The notes beneath the pieces were generated by a model. It had not been told where the DNA came from. It made no database searches and saw only the letters and a program-made list of their open reading frames with translations. A stretch of 53,648 nt of DNA, counting the filler, from Sluysia triapertura (Eukaryota): assembly GCA_046118255.1 (NCBI GenBank). It is 4 parts of 4 records of this genome, joined end to end, with 100 filler letters (N's around TTAATTAATTAA, not from the genome) between each part and the next. Parts side by side here need not be neighbours in the genome. Positions count along the whole stretch, not along the records: positions 37,551 to 53,648 come from JBJNIA010210699.1; 3 more parts are not named here. The stretch is one strand, 5' to 3'. The translations under genes were made by a program, and so were the position numbers. Each line of letters starts with the position of its first letter. Within the stretch, counting starts at the first letter, position 1. Below are positions 37,601-49,586 of the stretch, one piece after another.

Positions 37601-38800
37601 TTGTTAGGAATAAGGAAAAATCTAACAAATAAAAGACATAAAAATAGATTTGTTAATAAGTTCTCTAGAATAAAATTAGACGGCGACGGTGATGATGGAA
37701 ATGAAGATAGCTATAATAGACAAAAAGAAGAAGATGCACTTATAAATTATATGTACGGGTATTATCTTAAGTATTTAAAAAGAAAACAAGAGTTGAACGA
37801 TAGAGAGTTAGAAGAGAAAAATGCACGTGAAGTAAATAATAAAAATCAAATAGATAACAATAGTGCCAATTCGAGTTTAATATCAGATGAAAATATCGAC
37901 ACCGATTCGATTACCACTGAGGAAAATGATTCGAATGTTAGCACCGAATTCAATTGGGAAAAAGATAACACAATAGATAGTCAATCGATAACAAGTGAAT
38001 ATCTCGAAGTAAATTCAACAATCAGTGAAAAGGAAAGTTCGATTATAAGTGAAGATGAAAATTAAAATTCAAAGCTAAGTTAGTAACTCCACCCTATGTG
38101 ACGAAGTTATTTTAGTTAATGAAAGTGAATCAGAACTAATAATTGTACTTGCCAATGAAGAGAGGAAATTAAATACACCAGAATTAACTACAAATGAAGA
38201 AAGTAAGGCATTTCAATTAGATTTAAATCATGACATATCAAATACAACAAGTATTAATAAAAATTTAGATAATTTATTCGATTCATATTTAAATATACGA
38301 AATGGACAATAAAGACGACAATCCACATAAGTTTAAAGCAAGAAAAGTATCGAAAAAATTGGCCAACTAGAAAAAGTTGAAATACCCAAAGGATTAATGA
38401 ATGTTAAGATAATAATTAATGATTTAATGAATGCTAATATGGAATTGTCAGTTACTACAAAGGTTGAGATTATTAAATTAATTAAGTTAAATGATCCGCC
38501 CATGATAGATATAAGATTATACTTTCACGATATAAATTTTTAAATAATTACGATTACCTTATTGGAATTCATGATGAAGCATTGAAAGCTTCTATTACTT
38601 ATATGGCTCAGAGTAAGCCCATTGATAATTTGATTTCGTGTGAGATTGTTATTAATCATATTAATTTAGATAATTTTCCTGATTCCTTTAAGAAGCAACT
38701 AATGGTTGATGGCGATAATGTAGTTAATATTATTAATGATAACAATTATAATATTTGTTGAAGTATTGGATGATGATGATGATCATTGATGATGAATTTA
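37601..38800 (+). pseudogene. Decayed intronless orphan ORFs (acidic Asn/Ser/Glu-rich ORF, then an ORF starting MDNKDDNPHKF at ~38302)
   Basis: A 154-codon open frame (37601-38065) continues as frameshifted coding-like sequence. A second ORF reads ...GLMNVKIIINDLMNANMELSV...DPPMIDIRLYFHD...YLIGIHDEALKASITY... No splice signals or known family recognised. Confidence 0.45.
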
Positions 38801-38966
38801 GAATTATGCATTACGTTAATTCGATTAAGGTTAAAATATTTATTTAATAGATAAAAACAGAATTCATTAAATTTTATTAAAATAACAAATTTAAAATTAT
38901 CTTTAGGATTGTGTGAAAAATATAAGAACTATTCGCATGAAACTTTATTTACAAAAATTTTAAATG

Positions 38967-39689
38967 TTAATTTCCATCTTCTGTATGTGTCTCCGTTGTC
39001 ATAGTCTGTTCAACTATTCTGTGATATTTGGTAATAGATTTATTGTTAATTGGTATTGTTGTCCATAAACTAAGGCTCTTGACTAGTCCGATAATTCTCA
39101 ATTCGCAGGCCATGTGGAGTAACGACAATAAACCCCATTCTTCATGCATATTCCATAATTAGATGTGGCGAATAAGCAAAAAGCAATCATTTTAGCTTCG
39201 TAAACATCATTATTATTACGTTTAATTTTATAATTGTCATCTTTATGGTCTTTCAACTCATTGTTAGCATCTTTATAATCTTTAACTTTATGGTCATAAT
39301 CTTTATAATAGTTAAATTGGTAATCATTATCTTTATAGTGTTTAATCTCATTCCATCATCTTTATTATCTTTAACTTTATGGTCATCATTTTTATAATAG
39401 TTAGATCGATAATCATCATGTTTATAATCTTTAAACTCATTGTTAGCATCATTATGATCTTTGATTTTATAATCATCATCCTTATAGTCTTTTGCATCAT
39501 TAACATTATCTTTATGATCTTAAATTTTATATTCATAATCTTTATGATAATTAAATTGATAATCATGATCTTTATAGTGTTTAGCATCATTGTTGTTCTC
39601 TTTATGATCTCCGACTTTATAATCATCGTCTTTAGTCTTTTAGTTTAATGATCTTGATCTTTATAATCATTATATTTAGAAGAATACAT
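38967..39689 (-). pseudogene. Decayed ORF with ~9-aa DYK-type repeats and a CCCH zinc-finger remnant
   Basis: Reads MYSSKYNDYKDQDH*...KHYKDHDYQ...DYKDDDYK (39466-39489)...DYKHDDYR..., then CLFATSNYGICMKNGVYCRYS(+1 frameshift)HG at 39109-39178. Confidence 0.55.
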
Positions 39690-39906
39690 AATTTATTTTA
39701 TTTGAATTTTCACCACGCTTTTTATTAACAAGTTGGAATAGCTGCTTTAATTACTAATTTTTGTTTGTTTTTAGGTATCAATAATTGTGATAATTACTGC
39801 AAAAAATTGTTGTAAAATTATGCTTCGTTGAAATCAAAATGAAATAAATTGTAATAAATTGAAACTGAAAACAATTATTTTGTGCACTAAAATTTTTAGT
39901 TGTAAC

Positions 39907-40075
39907 TTGATTGGTTGTCCAACCAGGAATATATAAAACTAAAGAATAATTCATTCTGGTTGGACAACCAGTGATAAGGCTTAATCTAAGTGAGTGAGAA
40001 ATGAGCCACCATCAATGTTGACGTGAATTAATACACGATGATCAGTAATGTCAGCATTGATGGTAATCACTTATT
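39907..40075. repeat. Double inverted-repeat module, copy B
   Basis: Perfect 15-bp IR TGGTTGTCCAACCAG (39912-39926) / CTGGTTGGACAACCA (39956-39970), with TATATAAAA in the spacer. A second 15-bp IR ACCATCAATGTTGAC (40008-40022) / GTCAGCATTGATGGT (40050-40064) has one T.G pair. Confidence 0.85.
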
Positions 40076-40137
40076 TGTTATTTTAATTAAAAATAAATTT
40101 AATAAAAATTAAAATGGAGATAATAATAATAGCAGAA

Positions 40138-40139
<2 letters not shown>

Positions 40140-40173
<34 letters not shown>
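40140..40173. repeat. (TTA)n microsatellite
   Basis: About 11 perfect units. Confidence 0.95.
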
Positions 40174-40332
40174 CCTAAAAACACATGAATTCCTTTGAAA
40201 TATCAATTTTTACACGAACTTTCTGTGGTTTTCTTAACATTTCTTAACATAATTAAATTAAAAGTTAAGAGAAAACGGAACTTTTAAGAAGATTGAGAAT
40301 TTAAAATATAACTTCTTAAAGAAATAAGATAG

Positions 40333-40854
40333 TGCGTCGAGCGTTTTAGGGTAATATTAAATGTTATTTTTGCACTTCAAATGAATTAATTTTTAATGTT
40401 AGCATATACCTTAATGTTTTAAATGAAATAATGTTTCTAGCTGAAGTGTAAGTGTTTACAATTCCTTTTGGTGCTGATTAATGTTCTTGAGTGAAGGTAA
40501 TGTTTGAATATTAGGATTTACTGGTACAAGATCATGAATTTATAATGTTTAATTTGCTTTGGCGATGTTTGTTGATTAGTTTCAATTGAATTGTTTTGAG
40601 ATAAAAGACAAAATACTTTAGATGAATTTTTAATGTAATTTAATGGTTTAAGATGTTATTGTGGTTTGGATGTTGTGAGGTTGTGAGTTTAATTGATTTT
40701 GACGGATGAAGATGCTTTAAATGGATGTAAAAGAGATAGTTATGTTTATAAGTTTTATTTTAATTATATTAGATTAATTGTAAATTTGGAAATGTCAGAT
40801 TTATTTAATTAAATTTTTAGTAAAATTTATTAAGATAATGGGTTGGTCACCACA
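40333..40854 (+). mobile_element. LTR-like repeat with upstream polypurine tract
   Basis: AAAGAAATAAGATAG|TGCGTC... at the left end and GGTTGGTCACCACA at the right end. Both boundaries resemble those of 43169-43374. Confidence 0.55.
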
Positions 40855-40943
40855 CATTAACCTATATTTAACCAGCTAAACAAAAAATGCCAAAAAATAA
40901 TTGCAAATAATTAAAAATAAAATTTGTAAAAGTAATTACGAAA

Positions 40944-42000
40944 TTACAAAAATAAAAGTATTGTGGATATATGTTCATTGATATTAGGATTATAATTATG
41001 ATGTTTGTGTTTAGAAATTATTGAAGAATTATTATTGCTATTATTACTATTATTATTATTATTACTATTATTTTTATCATTTATTTTATCACAAAGATTT
41101 TTATAATTTTTGAAATGATCTTCATTATGAAATTCGTGCTTAATACACGTAACAGGCTCATTATTAATTAAAATAATATAATAATATAACATAAATTTAT
41201 TCATTATCCACAAATTTGTATTTATAATCATTCTTGACATACAGTTATAGTAAATGATATTCTAGACGATTCGTCGTGATTCTGAATAGGTCAGGTTTGT
41301 TATGCCATAGAACAATATCCACGTTTCTCCGTGGATATATATTAGAGCATTCTGGTTATACGTATATAGGTGACGTATAAGTCTACTACTTTCTAATACG
41401 CCTATATTAATGACATTTTCAAAATTATTCAAAACAAAAGTAATATGATTGCTACTTCTGTCAGTGGACATTGATTTATAATTGAATCCGAATACATATG
41501 TTCGCAAGCCTGTGCTTCTAACATTAATATCGTCATAAATAGATAGGATATCATTAAATGATCAATATATAACGTTATCAAATGAATGATATATGACTGA
41601 CATAGCACCAGCTGTCGTTTTTATTACAAATATTTTAACATTAAGTTGATTATGAAAACTTATAATATTATCAAGTGAATGACATATGAATGATATAGTA
41701 CTAACAATCGTTTTTAAAAGTAATGTTTTAACATTAAATTCATTATGAACACTTATAGCATTATTAACTGAATGACATATGACTGACACAGTACTATCAG
41801 TCGTCTCTATTACTAATACTTTAACATTAAGCTTATTATGAAAATTCATATCATTATTAACTGAATGATATATGACTGACATAGTACTATCAGTCGTCTA
41901 TATTACTCTTTCCATCAATGATAATAAGTCATCACATGTTATCTCTTATTTTTCGAATTTGATCGCTAACTGGAATCTTGATAACAGTCTTGTAGTTGGT
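40944..42000 (-). pseudogene. Single long intronless ORF broken by point stops, containing 31-aa repeats
   Basis: The listed ORFs 41562-41882, 41262-41507 and 40944-41240 are all in the same frame and separated by single stop codons. No family recognised. Confidence 0.55.
41570..41906. repeat. 93-bp tandem repeat, ~3.5 copies
   Basis: GAATGAYATATGAMTGAYAYAG recurs at 41584, 41677, 41770 and 41863 (period 93 = 31 codons). Confidence 0.92.
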
Positions 42001-42177
42001 ATCCATCATTGTGTTCAAAAAACTGGATTCAAAGATAGTTCACTGTATTTATATCTTCGTCGTACTTAATAATTGTCATTTTAAATTATTTGTAAAATTT
42101 TCTTTGTGATTTAAAATTAGCGAGTTTATGTCTTTATAGTGTATAATGATACACGCATTTGCATAAAATATTATTGG

Positions 42178-43140
42178 CTTAAATAGCATCATCATCATAT
42201 TCGTCATCGCCATCATCATTTATAAGCATCATCATTATCATCATCACTATCATTATAACCATGGTCATTATCGTAATTAATATCGTCATAATCATCACGA
42301 TCATTTCGTCATCACTATCATGATAATCACTGTCATTACTACTACCAGTTTAATCATCACCATCATCAATATTATCTTCATAATTATCATCACCACCATC
42401 GCGATTATTATCATTATTTCTACTACTACCAATTTTAATAGTAGTAGTAATTCAGTTTTAATACCAACGATTTAAATTACTATTAGAATTCATATTATTT
42501 AAATGCAAGCCGAAATCACTCGAAACATGTGTTTGTGTACTTGCTGAAGTAAATGCTGTACTATAATGATTATAGGTATTTACTATTTTAAGTACGTTTG
42601 ATAAATAATCTTCATCATCCGCTGACAAATACTCTGTACTTCAATCTCATTAATTTACATCATTTGCAGCAACAAAACACCCGTCCGCCAGCTCCACGCT
42701 CAATCCAGCCATAATACCTCGCAGTACGCATTCACCTAATGTAAGTGTTATTGTTTGAGCTTCGTTGTGAAAGATATTAGATTGAATTTAGAAATTAAGT
42801 ATAACATTCTTATTCTTTCTTGATAATACATATATGCGTTGTTTTAGAGTTTGTACTATTTTAACTTCATCTTCTAATTCCCGAACTCGCTTCAATGACA
42901 TTAACATTCGCAAGACGTTCAAAAGAAACAACAAACGACTTAGAACTTTCATGTGAATCGTTGTATACACCTGACTATTGTGAAATTTTATCTTTTATAT
43001 TAGAATCGGTATTCGAAAGACTTTCTAATTCAGGAGTGTTTATACTAGCTCATTCGTACTTCGTTCAAATTTTCGATAACATCTTTTAATTGTTTGTAAT
43101 GAATCATTTGACGACGTAAATCGTAATGAGAAAAAATGAG
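42178..43140 (-). pseudogene. Decayed intronless ORF with Asp-rich C-terminal tail
   Basis: Coding-like frameshifted fragments (e.g. GECVLRGIMAGLSVELADGCFVAAND) end in a GAT-rich tract at 42180-42420 that encodes poly-Asp. Confidence 0.35.
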
Positions 43141-43168
43141 AATTTACGAGACATAAGAAAAAGGATAG

Positions 43169-43374
43169 TGCGTCACAATGGTAATAAAAATGGCAATGAA
43201 CACCGAGTTTAATATTTTGGTTTAAAATGTTGATAAAAAGAATTTTAACGGGCATTTGTAATTCTATAATGATGAGTGGTATAATGTTGTGAATGATATG
43301 TATAAAGTTTTTATGTTGAGGTTTGTATATATGATTTATATGATATGTAGGTAGGTGTGGGCTGGGCCACCATA
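43169..43374 (+). mobile_element. LTR-like repeat (internally shortened) with upstream polypurine tract
   Basis: AAGAAAAAGGATAG|TGCGTC... at the left end and GGCTGGGCCACCATA at the right end. Confidence 0.45.
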
Positions 43375-43376
43375 GC

Positions 43377-43900
43377 TTATGTGCGACAAGTTTATCATCA
43401 ATAACTATTAAATCAGTGTGGTTGTATTTCATATCATCAAAACATCAAAGGAAAATATATGCATATACATGTGGTAGTATGCGTAGTAATCTGACTAAGA
43501 CTGATATGAAGCTTGATTCAAATGTAGATTCCAAATTAAGTAGTCTAATTTATAAGCCCACGAGCAGTGTAGATACAAATACAAAAAGTCAATCGAAATT
43601 GGACGATAAGATAACAGATGATGCATCTAGTGTAAATGTTAAAGAGAAATTAATTAGTTCAATCAGTTTAAGTAGTAGACCATCATCAAATAAACCAATA
43701 TATAAATATAATTGCCATGGAATAAAAGCTTTACAACCTATAATTGAAGAAAGTATGCAAATGAGATCAAAAATAAAATAGCAAAAGCCTTTATACGATG
43801 AAATTGAAAATAGCTTAAATATGAATAAACCTGAAACAAACAATTTGAATAACCAAAGAAAGTCTTTTTTATTTCTCAAATGGTTACTTGTATTTCTTAG
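43377..43900 (+). pseudogene. Possible GPCR TM7/helix-8 and C-terminal tail fragment
   Basis: ATSLSSITIKSVWLYFISSKHQRKIYAYTC loosely fits SSxxNPxLYFxxSKxFR, followed by a Ser-rich tail with one in-frame stop. NPxxY itself is not conserved. Confidence 0.25.
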
Positions 43901-45294
43901 TCGTACATATACGTATAAATTTATATTTCTTGCAGTCGAATATTAACTGTTTTTTTATTTTCAAAAGTATTTGTGTTTTATATTGATTGACACTGTTTTT
44001 CTTTAATTTTTAAAATCAAAGTAATTTTCATCAAAAAAAGCAAAGAAAAGAAAAACTGAGAAAAAAACAACGATATTTGTATTTTCTGTATTTCATTTTA
44101 TTAGCTTTTCTTATTTATTAAAGATATTGAATACTAAATTAGTGATTAAATAATTTGTAGCACAGCACTTTTTCAAAAGCTTTAGAGTAACTCTAAATAG
44201 AGGTTTTGCAATATCAAAAGAAGACTTATTAGTTTTGGGCATTTTAAATTTATATTTTCATGATTTTTTTTGAAGTTTATATTTTTTATAAAATAATTCG
44301 ACATTTTTTATTATCATAAATCTGAATAATAAAGTTATATATCTTAGTAAAAAATTATAAAATAAATAAAAATTTTATATTGATTTAAAATATGATTTGT
44401 AAAGTCAGTGATTTTACCGTTACAAAATGATAAAAACAGTAAATATAGTTTATCTTACATTTAATGTTATTATATTTCGAAATTCGTATTATTCAATATG
44501 TGGTAAAAATTTCATGAAGTTTAGTATTTTAAAATTTATTCACTTGAGTATTTTATGCATAACATTTTTTGGTACTTATACATCAACAGTTTATATAATA
44601 GAATGGAATCAAATATCTAAATGTAAATTATATTCCCATGTATAATGTATCATGTTTTGTTTATCCTCAACATAATGAGTTTCGTTATGCCGTCTTTGAG
44701 TGAACCAATAAGACCTTCTAAAGACTGTTATGAATCAATGTTTGCAAACTATTCAATCAAACGAAATGATGACTTGACTTCAACTAGGAGACTAGCATTC
44801 TATTTTTTATTTATGGTTATGTGTTTGTTTCTAACTTTTATCAATATTAATAAATTATTAGATTTCGTCATTGTTCCGATAAAATTGTTACTTTTAAAAG
44901 GCCTTATGCCTAGTTTTATAGTTTAAAAAATTGTAGTTTTAAAGTTAATTGTTAATTCTTTTTTTTCAAAGGAGATTTTAAACCATTTAAACATAAATTT
45001 AAATTTAAATAAAAATAATTTTAATTTATTAATTGTAAGATTTCAAAAGTGCCACGCAAGTAATATTAACAATACTAGATTATTATGATTAAAATTATTT
45101 TACTCTGAATCTATATTATTATATTATTAGGATTATTGTCTGCCTGATTTTTGACATCTTTCATCCAATCTAATCCAACTTCGCACAATAAATAACTCAC
45201 GATGAAAGTAGAAACAAAATCAATAATATCTTTCGATGCAATACCTTATACGTCAACCGTATATCGAACGTCAATTTCAATAACGCGTTAAAAA

Positions 45295-45375
45295 TGGACT
45301 TACCATGATTCGAACCCGGACAACTCGCCTCGCAGCTGTGCAGTTCGATGCTCTGACCACTGGGTTATCAGCCAC
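45295..45375 (-). repeat. tRNA-derived repeat or tRNA pseudogene, copy 2
   Basis: The minus strand reads GTGGCTGATAACCCAGTGGTCAGAGCATCGAACTGCACAGCTGCGAGGCGAGTTGTCCGGGTTCGAATCATGGTAAGTCCA followed by TTTTT. It has an A box, a B box and a Pol III terminator, but an imperfect cloverleaf. Confidence 0.75.
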
Positions 45376-47959
45376 GTCTAACTATTTTATTTCATTACAT
45401 TCAATTATATTATCATTATTGGAGCTGTACCTCAACATACATGTACACAAGATCATTATAACACATAAATTCAACTTCAGATACACTAAAATTAATTAAA
45501 ACTAATGATTTTATTTTATCTAATTCGATGTGTGTGATTAGTATTATCTCAGTTTATAATTCTAATAAATTTCATTATTGAATTTCATTATGCATGTTGC
45601 CTGCCCATATGTAAATATCATGCACAAAGTTATTGAGTAAAAATAATTTTCAAACAATCTGCTGTGCTACTAACGCGAATTTTGCAAAAGTCCTTTTCCT
45701 ATAATGGTTTCGTCTGTAGTGCACGGCTTATTAAGGCGCAGTTACAGAAAATTAATGACTGTTTTATGTCACTCTTATTCTTTAAATAATCACTTTAATT
45801 ATTTTCTCAATTAATTCTTTTCGATTCAAAAATATTTAAACTATCACTAATGTTTATTAAGTACAACTAAATAAAATATTCCGAAATGAACAAATAATTA
45901 CAGTTAATATTCAAATATAAATGATTAAATCAAAATTTCAAATAGTAGAGTAAATAATTAAGAAACAACAACAATAATAATAATAACAAATAAAAGTCAC
46001 TAAGACATTATTTATTTATGATATTTAAATTTTAAATTGATTTTCTAATTGGTCGGTCATCAACTGTGATTAAAATAATGTAAGTATTATTTTATAACTC
46101 CTGTGAAAATCAAGAGAGGTCCTAATGAAAAGAGACTTTATATTAAAAATAGATTTTCGAATGAAATCTGTAAGTGATCCGAAATCGAATTTTATATTAT
46201 ACTATGCGCTTTATCGTCGTTGCGTCTTATTGTTGTCTATTGTATATTGTTTATTGAGAGCTTTAAAAATTTGTAATTGTATTTATATGCAGTTTCACTA
46301 TCAAAGTACTTTAGTTATGCAATTCCAAAATATTTATTTTTATTAAAAATATTAATTTTATTTGTAAATGCATTAACCATTAAAAAATCCATTATAAATC
46401 TATTTTGATAAAAATCCATTAACTTAATGGAGTTGCTAAAATATTTTCTTTTACATAAATATATTTCTTTACGAATTATTTATGTTTATTAATTAAGTAA
46501 GTATATTTCTCTGCTAATAATTTTAATTATTTACAAATTTGTTGTTTATGTTGTTTACGTATTTGTTTATGTATATTCTTATAAATCTTAATTTGTTGAG
46601 TCTTGAATTCAAATTATTAACTAAAACTGAATATTTAAATTAACCCAAAAATTGTTTTTATTTTTAAATTAAAAAGAACAAATCAATTTATATTAACTAC
46701 AAAAATCAAATATCAGAACATGAATAAATTAACAAAAAATGATTAAACCTTAATATCAACAATATATCTGTTTATTATCAATGTCAAACACGTAATAATC
46801 TGTTAAAAAACACCAGAGGTAACTCAACAATTATTAGAATTAAAATATTAGTATCTACAAATAATTAAGTCAATAGCAATTACATTTTGAGCATGGAGTC
46901 GCCCATAATGTGATTAAAAATCACTAGCTAAAAAATTCAAATTCAAACTTAAATATATAACGTAAAATTTAAAATAATCTGAACACGTTGTCTCCTTAAC
47001 TCAATTAAACTCAATTTATCTAAATAAAATTTAAACACCTAACATGATCGTCAAAATTTTAATGACATAAAGTTATAAAATTAAATAAAAATCGATATAT
47101 CTTCAAAAATCAAAAATATAAATTATAGCTTTATTTTAAAAATATCAAATAAATAAAAATATTAGGTTAATTATAAAATAAACAAAAATGTTACCGTCGT
47201 CATGGATTTTCTGTTTTCATCATATCATCATCATGAACGTTGTTGTGAAAAAAGATTCTATGTACTTATTTTATATCTCTTTACCGTCCAATCACTCTAG
47301 ACTTACAATCAGGAATTATCTTTACACAAATCATCAAAATCTCTTTTAAGGATTAAACCGACTAAAACGACTTTGACACTTACATGGTAAGACCTGTCAA
47401 GCAAAACAATATAATTCGATTAACAATCAACTCTCATTTTTTTTCTTCTACTCTACTCGATCTATTTTTTCATGAATCACTTCTTACATTAAAATAACAA
47501 ATTTTATTATTATTATTATTGATATACTTAAAATTAATGAATTTAACTTTAGTATTTACATTTTAATTAATTTTCAATTCCTCAAGCTCAATTTTTTAAT
47601 GGAAAATATTTAAGGTTCTTACTCCCAAACGAACCATTTCACAAACATTTCGACCTCATTTTTGGATTCTCCTATTTAATACCCAACTCATCTTCTCTTC
47701 ATCATTCTAAATATGAAAATTTCATCATTTTAAATTAAAAATTAATTAAAATTCAACTTTATTCAATATAAAGGCTTTCCTCTCTTTAATTCAGTCAAAC
47801 CTTATCTTCATCGAATGGTCTCTTTAAAACACATATATGTACAATTAAAGTTTTAACGTAGCATTTCTCATTCAAAAGTTATTCGCACAAACGTAATTTT
47901 CCTTAATTAAGTTAGTTAAGATTTTAATTAATTAATTAATTAATTTAACTTATTTTATT

Positions 47960-48940
47960 CTGAGTTTAAAGGTTATAAAGTTGATAAATACTTTATAAGG
48001 TTACTCAGGAGGCTCTGTTTCCTTTTTCTACCTTTTTATTTCAATTATTAATGTATTAAATTTATCTTTGATATTATTAATCGTGATTTTAATTCTTGAA
48101 TATTTCAAAGGTTCTAAACATTTTACAATGTTATTCGAAGGTCTCAAGAGTATTAAAAGGTTCCAACAAATCAACAAGGTACCGAAGTTCAAAGGTATCT
48201 TTACACTTCAATACATCTTTCCAAACCTTATTTAAGTCTTCAGAAGGGTCTCAATACCCTACAAAGGTGTTTGGAACTCCAAGATATTCTTCGATTTCAA
48301 AACGATTATAAACATTTTACTGTTCATTATTCTTGCTCTGGAAATATTTAATTATTTTTATATTATCATATTTCAGATATTTTTTATCATTTTTTCTTAT
48401 GTATTTTAAATTCTATACACTAACTAGATAATCCCAACATTTAGACTTAATCCTATTTTATATTTAATGGTTTTATTAAGGTTCTAAAATTATTTGTACT
48501 TAATAAGGCATTCAGGAGGCTCTAGATGTTTTCACCTTCACCTCTCTGATTCCTTTTTCTACTTCTTTATGTTAATTATTACCACACTGAACTTATCTTT
48601 ATTATTTTGAACAACGATTTTATTTCTCAAATTTTTTAAAAATTTTAAACACTTTATTAGATTACTCGAAGATCTTAGATGCTTATCAATGTTTCAGGAA
48701 TACTTAAAGGTTAATAAGGTCTCAGATGATCTCAATGTTCACAAGCCCAAAGGTACTCTAATATCTTCAAAGGTCTTTCAAGTCCATTTCAATCTTCCAC
48801 AAAGTCTCAACACTCTATATAGATCTTTGAAACTCTAAGGTATTCTTCAGCTGTTAACCTTATTATAAATGTTTTAATTTTTATGATTCTTGTTTCAACG
48901 CTGTTTATAATGTTCAATCCATCATTTTCTTTCACTTTAT
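47960..48940 (-). repeat. Old tandem duplication (period ~507 nt) of a decayed coding-like segment
   Basis: CAGGAGGCTCT occurs at 48006 and 48513 with collinear similarity over ~430 nt. The minus-strand frame of the first copy ends ...KKETEPPE*. Confidence 0.75.
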
Positions 48941-49586
48941 AGTACTATATGTTTTCTGATACACACTTTGGCAATCTCAACACTTTGAATATTGAGTGTG
49001 ATGCTGTAAAAATGAAACAACAAAAATTTAAGGTACTATTTGAAAATGAAGTGGATAAATCGTCAAAAAAATCTAAGTTATCGATTAAACCTAATAAAAA
49101 CAAAATGTGTATTTTGTCAGATGACAGTGCCAAAGATGTCCTAAAAATTTAACACTGAAGATTCAGAAAACGATTTACTTGACCTATTGTTCTCCAACAA
49201 ATTCTCCGGATAATGACTTGTTTACAATGAGACCTCAATGTGAAATTGGAAAGCCTAATCGAAAGAAAAAACAAAAAATTAGTAACCAATAAAATGAAAA
49301 AGCATGCAGATTTTAGAAAGGTTTATGATATTGAAAGTAGTGAAACCATATCGAACAAAACATGTCGAATAGCAAAAGAACAACAAGAATTCAAGTTTGA
49401 TTCACTAGCATGTCAGCTGAAGGAGATGAAAGAAAATGCGAGTTAATGACAATTATCTTTTATTTTTTATTCTTTTGCTCAAATGAAATTAAAATTTTAT
49501 ATATACATTATATAATTTAATTTTGTTTTAATACGTCCAGTGAAGCACAATTTATGAAACATTTTGAATATGTTATTTTAAAAAGA

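Noticed and set aside
39348-39648. Met/Ile/Lys-rich ORFs on both strands
   Set aside because: Alternative frames of the DYK repeat.
41570-41906. CRISPR-like periodicity
   Set aside because: Contiguous tandem units without unique spacers, eukaryotic context and no cas genes.
44645-44926. ORF with signal-peptide-like start
   Set aside because: No recognisable domain, and hydrophobic ORFs arise by chance in AT-rich DNA.
45130-45270. Penelope-type RT motif IISFDAI/LYVN
   Set aside because: Too short and frameshifted to support a call.
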